Virus record (IMG/VR): IMGVR_UViG_3300021400_000034
Span: 128,001 to 192,000 of that record
Strand: one strand, 5' to 3'
Length of the DNA stretch: 64,000 nucleotides
Source: a virus
Lineage: Duplodnaviria; Caudoviricetes
Shown here: positions 7,960 through 13,900 of the stretch, one piece after another
Numbering within the stretch: the first letter of the stretch is position 1
How the letters are laid out: the number at the start of each line of letters is the position of its first letter
Position numbers and translations under genes: made by a program
Notes under the pieces: model-generated
Database searches by the model: none
Seen by the model: the letters and a program-made list of their open reading frames with translations, nothing else
What the model was told of the DNA's origin: nothing

Positions 7960-8589
7960 ATGGTTCACTACACTGTCTATAAGATAACAAATCTTCTAAA
8001 CGGGATGATCTACATCGGTAAGCACAAGACGGAGAATCTGGACGATTCTTACATGGGATCTTCTGAGTGGTTGAAGTCTTCTATCAAGAAGCACGGAATA
8101 GAGAACTACAAGAAAGAGATTCTATTCGACTTCGAGACAAAAGAAGAGATGGACTTGAAGGAGAAAGAGCTAGTCAACGAAGAGTTCGTCAGACGCAAAG
8201 ATACATACAATCTGAACACTGGCGGAACTGGAGGCTGGTTCGCATGTAACAGCTCTGGTCTGAATCATTCGGCTGGTCAACATCTTCTCTCAGGCGAGAG
8301 ATGTCGGAAGGATCCAGAATACCGGAAGAAGTTCTGCGAGAAAGTGAGCGAGGGACTAAAGAAATATTACGAAGATCCAGAACATCGTCTCTATGGCGTC
8401 AAGAACCCTAGATACGGAATTCAGCTCACTCCGGAAGAGAAAGCGAGACTCAGCGCATCTCATTCTGGAAAGAAGAACGGTTCTTACGGTTCGCACTGGA
8501 TAACGAACCCGAAGCTGAAGAAGAACATGAGACTGAAAGGACTTGTGAAACTTCCAAGAGGTTGGAAGTTCGGAAGAAAGAAGTATTAA
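7960..8589 (+). CDS. GIY-YIG homing endonuclease (Seg-like)
   Basis: VYKITN..NGMIYIGKH...YMGS...YNL; late promoter at 7947. Confidence 0.9.
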   Translation: MVHYTVYKITNLLNGMIYIGKHKTENLDDSYMGSSEWLKSSIKKHGIENYKKEILFDFETKEEMDLKEKELVNEEFVRRKDTYNLNTGGTGGWFACNSSGLNHSAGQHLLSGERCRKDPEYRKKFCEKVSEGLKKYYEDPEHRLYGVKNPRYGIQLTPEEKARLSASHSGKKNGSYGSHWITNPKLKKNMRLKGLVKLPRGWKFGRKKY

Positions 8590-8592
8590 CGA

Positions 8593-8664
8593 CGCGGAGT
8601 GGAGGAGTGGTTTCCTTGAAGGGTTCATACCCCTTAGACCCCGGTTCGAGTCCGGGCTCCGCTA
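8593..8664 (+). tRNA. Initiator tRNA-fMet(CAT)
   Basis: C1 mismatch, three G-C pairs in the anticodon stem. Confidence 0.8.
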
Positions 8665-8669
8665 CTAAT

Positions 8670-8935
8670 TTTAGTCAAGTCAATGTCGGGCCGTTTGACT
8701 CGCGCTTCGATGTAACGACATACTTGGCAAGGCGTCAGTGAAGTGATGGCCATCGCGGATCTTTCGCCGGATCTTTTAAAGCGTAGCGCATGTACCGATA
8801 GAGATCTCCTGAGGTTGCGAACTCTCTTGATCTTGACAAGCAGGTAGCTTCGGTCCCGTCGTTGAGACGGTGCAAAAAGTCTCAGTCGTCGCAACGGCTG
8901 TGATCGCGGTTCGAATCCGTCGTGCGTGACACAAT
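8670..8935 (+). ncRNA. Unknown ~260-nt structured RNA ending in a T-arm-like hairpin
   Basis: Hairpins, TGAGAC/GTCTCA alternative pairing, GCGGTTCGAATCCGT near the 3' end. Confidence 0.35.
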
Positions 8936-8938
8936 TTA

Positions 8939-9037
8939 GAGATACCGACAGCAATTCATTGTTAGTGGTTCGAATCCATAAGCTGAATAGCTGCGGTCTG
9001 GCGCAAGTCAGATGGGCAATACAAACAGCGGTATCTC
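8939..9037 (+). ncRNA. Element E3: T-arm-first degenerate permuted tRNA-like payload
   Basis: GAGATACCG/CGGTATCTC stem, ACAGCAA, GTGGTTCGAATCCAT followed by two hairpins. Confidence 0.7.
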
Positions 9038-9042
9038 GTCAT

Positions 9043-9114
9043 GGTCCCTTCGGCCAGTGGTTAAGCCATCGCACTTTCTATGCGAGGACCCCAGTTCGAC
9101 TCTGGGAGGGACTA
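9043..9114 (+). tRNA. tRNA-Glu(TTC)
   Basis: Cloverleaf. Confidence 0.88.
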
Positions 9115-9229
9115 CTAAGAGTGACTCGGTGGGTGTTCGCGGCTGATAGTCCTAACACACCTCCGGCAACACTTCGAACTAGATGACTAGCTACTGCGAC
9201 GAGTTCGAAGGAGAACACTCTTCGTTTTT

Positions 9230-9299
9230 GAGATAGGTACAGCAATGATCACCAACTCTGCTCCATCATGCGGTTCGTGGCGTTAGGCCACTCTATCTC
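9230..9299 (+). ncRNA. Element E4 (payload unclear)
   Basis: GAGATAG/CTATCTC stem, GTACAGCAA. Confidence 0.65.
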
Positions 9300-9366
9300 G
9301 TAAACTTGGGTGCGCGGTCGGAGGAAGCCCTCCGGAGTTTCTCAATTCTCGAAAAATTGATCATAT

Positions 9367-9439
9367 CCCGGTATAGTTCAGTTGGTAGAACAGCTCCTTC
9401 ATACGGAGACGGTCGCAGGTTCAAGTCCTGCTATCGGAA
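9367..9439 (+). tRNA. tRNA-Met/Ile2(CAT)
   Basis: Cloverleaf, loop TTCATAC. Confidence 0.78.
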
Positions 9440-9445
9440 CTATAT

Positions 9446-9518
9446 GCCTCGCTGGCGCAATTGGTAGCGCAAGGCACTCTTAATGCTTGGGTTGAAGGTT
9501 CGAGTCCTTCGCGGGGTA
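9446..9518 (+). tRNA. tRNA-Lys(CTT)
   Basis: Cloverleaf. Confidence 0.9.
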
Positions 9519-9646
9519 CTAAAATCTATCTCATGCTTATTAAGCTACGGCATGAGCTCTAGCTATGTTTCGTCCGAGAGCCATCAGGTATAAAAAGCGG
9601 TCAGGGCACGGTTCTTGCTCTAAAGCGGTCGCTAGCATGAACTTTT

Positions 9647-9719
9647 CTCCGGTTAACTCAGCGGTTAGAGTGCCATCCTTACAAGTTGGAAGTCCGGGGT
9701 TCGAATCCCTGATCGGAGA
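9647..9719 (+). tRNA. tRNA-Val(TAC)
   Basis: Cloverleaf. Confidence 0.88.
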
Positions 9720-9725
9720 CTACTA

Positions 9726-9793
9726 AAGATCCTAACTGCAAATTTCTTATAACATCCGATTGGTAATCAGACTACGTTAGAAAAATGGATCTT
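9726..9793 (+). ncRNA. Element E5 carrying a Thr(GGT) anticodon stem-loop
   Basis: AAGATCC/GGATCTT stem, TAACTGCAA, TCCGA-TTGGTAA-TCAGA. Confidence 0.68.
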
Positions 9794-9804
9794 GAAATTT
9801 TTAT

Positions 9805-9878
9805 CGGCATCTAGCGCAATTGGTTAGAGCACTGCTCTGATAAGGCAGAGGTTTTTGGTTCAAGTCCAAGGTTGCCGA
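9805..9878 (+). tRNA. tRNA-Ile(GAT)
   Basis: Cloverleaf. Confidence 0.85.
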
Positions 9879-9882
9879 CTAA

Positions 9883-9938
9883 GAGGTTCTTACAGCAATT
9901 CTACAATCTTCTTTTTGGTTAAGAAAAAAAGGAATCTC
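9883..9938 (+). ncRNA. Element E6 carrying a Pro(TGG)-like anticodon stem-loop
   Basis: GAGGTTCT/GGAATCTC stem, TACAGCAA, TTCTT-TTTGGTT-AAGAA. Confidence 0.62.
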
Positions 9939-9944
9939 GATTAT

Positions 9945-10018
9945 CCACCTATAGCTCAGAACGGTAGAGCGGAAGACTGAAGATCTTCGCGTCGGAGTCT
10001 CGAACCCTCCTAGGTGGA
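9945..10018 (+). tRNA. tRNA-Phe(GAA)
   Basis: Cloverleaf with atypical T loop. Confidence 0.8.
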
Positions 10019-10027
10019 CTACAATAT

Positions 10028-10109
10028 CCCCTCGTGGCGGAACTGGTAGACGCGCCTGACTTAGGATCAGGAGCCGAGAGGCGTGCAGGTTCGAGTCCTG
10101 CCGAGGGGA
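10028..10109 (+). tRNA. tRNA-Leu(TAG)
   Basis: Type II cloverleaf. Confidence 0.92.
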
Positions 10110-10113
10110 CTAT

Positions 10114-10223
10114 AAGATAACAGACAGCAATCATCTACCCCAAAGCGGCTATGTTGGTGAAAGTCCAGCCGTCGATGTATGTCGGCGTCATCTAATCTAG
10201 GATTCCGCTCAAAATGTCATCTT
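10114..10223 (+). ncRNA. Element E7: permuted tRNA opened in the anticodon loop (Gly CCC-like)
   Basis: AAGATAACA/TGTCATCTT stem, GACAGCAA; AGCGG-T arm-acceptor hairpin-D arm-CCGCT. Confidence 0.7.
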
Positions 10224-10229
10224 GACTAT

Positions 10230-10303
10230 ACTCCGTTGGTGTAATGGACTTAGCATACGGGCCTACGAAGCCCTTGATCCAAGTTCGAATCTTGGACGGA
10301 GTA
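10230..10303 (+). tRNA. tRNA-Arg(ACG)
   Basis: Cloverleaf. Confidence 0.88.
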
Positions 10304-10315
10304 CTATTCCATGAT

Positions 10316-10436
10316 TAGATCCAAACTGCAACTCTCAAATCGTTACCATCAATCAACGGCCAAGCATCTCGGGATGCGCCTAGCTACATGGACTGGGAGA
10401 GGAGGGTTCGAATCCCCGGAAAATGAATCGGATCTA
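10316..10436 (+). ncRNA. Element E8 with a T-arm-containing payload
   Basis: TAGATCC/GGATCTA stem, AACTGCAA, GGGTTCGAATCCC. Confidence 0.65.
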
Positions 10437-10623
10437 GCTAAGCTCTCGATGCTGCTGACATTACGTCTAAATCGGAAAAACGCTATTCCATGTCTCGTGA
10501 AAGATATAAGCGAGAAGCAAGATAGTTAGCTCTGCATCGTCGATGCTAAGAGAGACGATGTCGTCATATATCCTCTGAACGGTCTTCGAGACAAGCGCTA
10601 AATCAACGCACAGGATAAATTAA

Positions 10624-10696
10624 GCTGACGTGCCGAAGTGGGAACGGAGGAGTCTGCAAAACTTTCTATGAGTGGGTTCGATTCCTACCGTCAGCT
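10624..10696 (+). tRNA. tRNA-Cys(GCA)
   Basis: Cloverleaf, U73. Confidence 0.88.
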
Positions 10697-10701
10697 CTAT
10701 A

Positions 10702-10811
10702 CAAGATGTCAACCGCAATTCCTTTCCAGGGTAGCTCTAGAGGTAGAGCACCGTCCTTGAGGCGGAAGAAGCTGGTTCGATCCCAGCCCCGGGAGCACAG
10801 ACGGCATCTTG
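10702..10811 (+). ncRNA. Element E9: whole tRNA-like payload with a 5-nt anticodon loop
   Basis: CAAGATGTC/GGCATCTTG stem, AACCGCAA, CCGTC-CTTGA-GGCGG. Confidence 0.7.
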
Positions 10812-10822
10812 ACAATTTAAAT

Positions 10823-10906
10823 CGGGCTATTACCTTGGGCCGGACTCATAACCCGGGCCGTTAAAATCCAGGGCGGTGCGGAGAGGTTCGACTCCTCGTG
10901 GCCCGA
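10823..10906 (+). tRNA. D-armless tRNA(CAT)-like RNA with long variable arm
   Basis: CGGGCTA/TGGCCCG acceptor, CTCATAA loop, T arm, no D stem. Confidence 0.55.
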
Positions 10907-10909
10907 TAA

Positions 10910-10994
10910 GGAGGACTACACTAATTGGTAAGTGACCACGGTGCTAACGTGGCGCCTCGAAAGAGGCTTCCAGGTTCGAGCCCTGGGTCCTCCG
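10910..10994 (+). tRNA. tRNA-Ser(GCT)
   Basis: Type II cloverleaf. Confidence 0.88.
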
Positions 10995-11076
10995 CTAAAG
11001 ATCTTAGGAGTCGTTGCCCTAAGCAACGTGGAGCGCACGCGCCGGTACCGTCCAGAGCCGTCAAATCTGGACTTTT

Positions 11077-11167
11077 GGAAGTGTGCCAGAGTCTGGCTTA
11101 TCGGACCGGTCTTGAAAACCGAGGGCGGTACCCATTCCGCACGGGGGTTCGAATCCCTCCACTTCCT
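11077..11167 (+). tRNA. tRNA-Ser(TGA)
   Basis: Type II cloverleaf. Confidence 0.88.
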
Positions 11168-11172
11168 CTATC

Positions 11173-11243
11173 GCGTCCTTGATGTAGTGGTAGCACTTCT
11201 CATTGCCTGTGAGAAAGCGCCAGTTCGAATCTGGCAGGACGCT
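11173..11243 (+). tRNA. tRNA-Gly(GCC)
   Basis: Cloverleaf. Confidence 0.85.
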
Positions 11244-11266
11244 TACTTTTCTATATTTAAAATACA

Positions 11267-11348
11267 GAGATAGACACAGCAATCCTTTTGGATAACGTAA
11301 TGATCTGCAAAATCAAAGCTAGACGGTCCAAATCCGTCAATCTATCTC
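11267..11348 (+). ncRNA. Element E10: Cys(GCA) anticodon arm + T-like arm
   Basis: GAGATAGA/TCTATCTC stem, CACAGCAA, TGAT-CTGCAAA-ATCA, GACGG-TCCAAAT-CCGTC. Confidence 0.7.
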
Positions 11349-11356
11349 GTTCATAA

Positions 11357-11427
11357 GCACCACTGGTCTAAAAGTATGATCAAACTCTTCCAAAGTTTGG
11401 GAACCGGGGCAGTACCGGTGTGGTGCT
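11357..11427 (+). tRNA. tRNA-Gly(TCC)
   Basis: Cloverleaf with atypical T loop GGCAGTA. Confidence 0.75.
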
Positions 11428-11430
11428 CTA

Positions 11431-11545
11431 GAGATTCCAACAGCAAACTCTGGTTTTTTCCGCCGTTGGGAAAATAGCTCAATTGGTAGAGCGCTCGTCA
11501 CTATGACGAGAGGTTACGGGTTCGAGTCCCGCTAAAGTGAATCTC
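11431..11545 (+). ncRNA. Element E11: tRNA permuted between T arm and acceptor
   Basis: GAGATTC/GAATCTC stem, AACAGCAA; acceptor hairpin, then D, AC and T arms. Confidence 0.72.
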
Positions 11546-11552
11546 GTCTTTT

Positions 11553-11626
11553 GGCTCTGTCGAATAACTGGTTCAGTTCGTTAGCCTCTCAAGCTAGAAA
11601 TTCGGGTTCAAGTCCCGACAGAGCTA
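11553..11626 (+). tRNA. tRNA-Glu(CTC)
   Basis: Cloverleaf. Confidence 0.88.
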
Positions 11627-11632
11627 TACATC

Positions 11633-11706
11633 CCCGCAGTAGTGTGAATTGGTTAGCACGCCTGCTTGTGGCGCAGGAAGTTCGGGTTCGAATCTCGGCT
11701 ATGGGA
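11633..11706 (+). tRNA. tRNA-His(GTG)
   Basis: Cloverleaf; no encoded G-1, A73. Confidence 0.8.
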
Positions 11707-11844
11707 CTAAGTCACTGATGAAGATGATGTAAGTAAGCCCGTCCAAGGTAGATCCTTTTGGGGCTAGTGCAGTAGCATAAGTTGCGGTATAGAGGCTGAG
11801 AATGCGTACAGGATAGCTCAGTAATGCGTCATCAGAGACTTTCA

Positions 11845-12225
11845 ATGATAGGCACAGCAACTCTAACACGTTCAATACATCAAATGCTGACGTGCAGAGC
11901 TACGGGAAATTGCCTTGATCGACGAGGACAGGGCCATGGTCGAGCAGCGCAGCTGAATCTCGATCACCTTGACGGACGGTCAGAACGTTCGTCTAACTTC
12001 CGGGCAGACTGCTCGGTAAGATCTTGCCCGTCTCTGATAGTTCCAAGACGAAGAACTTGGTGCTTGCTCTAATAAGTAAGGAGATAGTGCTGGTGACACC
12101 AGATAGCGTCAATGAGAAACCGTTGACTGATCTTTTGTAAGCTGCTATTCGAATCAAGAGAGAAGCGACACGAAGCAGCGGAGACTGAAAAGACAGCAAA
12201 CTCTAATCGGTCTCGTCCCTATCAT
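11845..12225 (+). ncRNA. Element E12: ~380-nt element with hairpin-dense payload
   Basis: ATGATAGG/CCTATCAT stem, CACAGCAACTCTAA. Confidence 0.55.
12181..12214 (+). ncRNA. Element E13: minimal empty element nested in E12
   Basis: GAGACTGA/TCGGTCTC stem, GACAGCAAACTCTAA. Confidence 0.55.
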
Positions 12226-12231
12226 GTTTTC

Positions 12232-12302
12232 TGCCCGTTGGTATAACGGTATTACACCTGACTCTGACTCAGGTGACGGTGGTCCGACTCCATCACGGGC
12301 AA
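12232..12302 (+). tRNA. tRNA-Gln(CTG)
   Basis: Cloverleaf. Confidence 0.85.
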
Positions 12303-12420
12303 TATGGAATGATAAGGTTCAGCCTCTGTTCTAGAGATCGGTGAATTCGCGACACTTCATCGAGATCGAGAACTACCACCAGCACGATCTGTCTTCGAAG
12401 CGGATCAAAAGAGGCATTCT

Positions 12421-12492
12421 AGGGAATTCGTATATCGGTTATTACGGCGGTCTCCAAAACCGTTCAGCTCTGTTCGACTCGGAGATTCCCTG
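12421..12492 (+). tRNA. tRNA-Trp(CCA)
   Basis: Cloverleaf. Confidence 0.85.
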
Positions 12493-12495
12493 CTA

Positions 12496-12624
12496 GAGAT
12501 TCTAACAGCAGAACGGTCTGTAAAACCGTTGGCTTTCGCCTTCGCAGGTTCGAATCCTGTCCACCTCCATACGAGGAGGTGTGCCCGAGCTGGTCAAAGG
12601 GGACGGTCCGCTAAAATGAATCTC
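12496..12624 (+). ncRNA. Element E14: circularly permuted tRNA-Tyr(GTA)
   Basis: GAGATTC/GAATCTC stem, AACAGCA; AC-V-T arms, CACCTCCA, linker, GGAGGTG, D arm; ACGGTC duplicated. Confidence 0.8.
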
Positions 12625-12629
12625 GTTCT

Positions 12630-12714
12630 CCTCCGGTACCCGAATTGGTATAGGGGCCTGCTTGAGGGGCAGGTGGGCGATATGCCCGTGAGAGTTCAAG
12701 TCTCTCTTGGAGGA
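12630..12714 (+). tRNA. tRNA-Leu(GAG)
   Basis: Type II cloverleaf. Confidence 0.88.
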
Positions 12715-12831
12715 CTAAAGTTTGTTCTTGCAAGGCGGACTCCGTCAATTAAGTCAATCATGTCGAGATGGACATGGGACGACGGAGGACGTGACCCCCT
12801 GCTCGGTGTCAGGCTAAAACGCCGCTATTTG

Positions 12832-12845
12832 AAGTCATTGCCGAA
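12832..12845 (+). repeat. Trailer complementary to leaders at 3481-3494 and 5325-5338
   Basis: AAGTCATTGCCGAA is the exact reverse complement of TTCGGCAATGACTT. Confidence 0.8.
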
Positions 12846-12879
12846 CACTTCCTCGCTTTTGTGGGCTTTAGGCGAGGAC

Positions 12880-12914
12880 AGCGAGTTCAGGACCGCTCTG
12901 AACCCGCTCTTTTT
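12880..12914 (+). terminator. Terminator ending the RNA operon
   Basis: AGCG.GTTCAG/CTGAAC.CGCT + T-run. Confidence 0.65.
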
Positions 12915-12994
12915 GTAGATTTTCGAATAATGGTTTACGAATTCTCCAAAAAGACCTATATTTAAAACGAAACCTCAACAAGAAGGACCATATC

Positions 12995-13165
12995 ATGGCT
13001 ACCGAAACCGAAAAGAAAGAAACTCACAACTGTGTCATCTGCGGAGATCCGTTCACTGGCTACGGAAACAATCCAGTCCCCGTCAAGTTCTCGGGACGCT
13101 GCTGCGACACGTGCAACGGCAGGTACGTCATTCCCGCTAGATTCATGTTAGCCGCTGCAAAGTGA
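12995..13165 (+). CDS. Small Cys-rich (Zn-binding) phage protein
   Basis: CVICG..GYGNNP...CCDTCN..VIPAR; early promoter and AAGGACC RBS. Confidence 0.7.
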   Translation: MATETEKKETHNCVICGDPFTGYGNNPVPVKFSGRCCDTCNGRYVIPARFMLAAAK

Positions 13166-13308
13166 TGGAATACCGCGAGACTGACAGACTGAGAGATCAG
13201 AGAATCGAAGGAACGGACAACGGCCGAACTCTTCGCACTCGCGTAGTGAGAGACAAGACTAAGTACACTCGAAAACTCAAGCACAAGGAGACAACTGAAA
13301 ATGAGTAA
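13165..13308 (+). CDS. Small basic protein with ArfA-like motif
   Basis: RTRVVRDKTKYTRKLKHK; start overlaps the upstream stop. Confidence 0.5.
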   Translation: MEYRETDRLRDQRIEGTDNGRTLRTRVVRDKTKYTRKLKHKETTENE

Positions 13309-13900
13309 AGTGACTATTGAAACACGAGAAGAAACACGTGAAGAAATCTTCAAGAAGATGAAGCGCTGGACCAATGCAATGCACAGGCTAGAAAGAGAGC
13401 GCTCTTTTCACAAACAGAACCTCAGGATGTGCAAGTTCGTCAATCTCTCATGCAACGAGCAGATCAGAATCGTCCAGCATGAAGCTGATGAGATCAACAG
13501 ACGCTCAGTCCGCATCATGAACCTTCGCCATCTCCACAACGACCAATGGCGAGGACTCACCTACGAAGATCGCTGCCGCTACCGCTTCTGGGTCGCAAAC
13601 GAGCCTTTTCCGAACGATCTCTATGAGCAGTGGACTGAGACTGGAGCTAAGCGCTCGTTCTTCGACTGGCTCAAGAAGCCAGATCACGCTTCAGAGATGA
13701 AGAAGGTCATCGAAGAGTTTGACGACAAGCTGACCGTCATCGGAAAGGCAGACTTCGACGCTGCTCCGAACTCTACTGAGCTGAATGTAGAGATGCGCCT
13801 CACTAGGGTAGAAGCTGAGAAGATCGCGAACAAGATCATTCACTTCCTCGCTAGCTCAACCGCCGCTGAGCTCATCTTGGACCTTCACGATGAAGATTGA
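13301..13900 (+). CDS. Hypothetical protein
   Basis: ORF with AAGGAG SD. Confidence 0.7.
   Translation: MSKVTIETREETREEIFKKMKRWTNAMHRLERERSFHKQNLRMCKFVNLSCNEQIRIVQHEADEINRRSVRIMNLRHLHNDQWRGLTYEDRCRYRFWVANEPFPNDLYEQWTETGAKRSFFDWLKKPDHASEMKKVIEEFDDKLTVIGKADFDAAPNSTELNVEMRLTRVEAEKIANKIIHFLASSTAAELILDLHDED

Noticed and set aside
9565-9590. Minus-strand hammerhead-like CTGATG...CGAAA
   Set aside because: Core reads CTGATGG and stem II does not pair
11490-11512. CTA (amber suppressor) anticodon in E11 suggesting TAG recoding
   Set aside because: The loop is closed by extra pairs and has A33, the RNA is permuted, and TAG acts as a normal stop in core genes (uvsX, gp41, gp17 half)
11711-11840. CTGATGA hammerhead core
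   Set aside because: It pairs with TCATCAG in the closing stem and there is no properly placed GAAA
5900-12624. CRISPR-like array interpretation of the repeated elements
   Set aside because: Repeats are structural rather than identical, spacing is irregular, they are interleaved with tRNAs, and no cas genes are present
5347-12918. Short ORFs called across the tRNA region (e.g. 5589, 7307, 10932, 12529)
   Set aside because: They overlap tRNAs or structured RNA, lack SD, and lack phage codon bias
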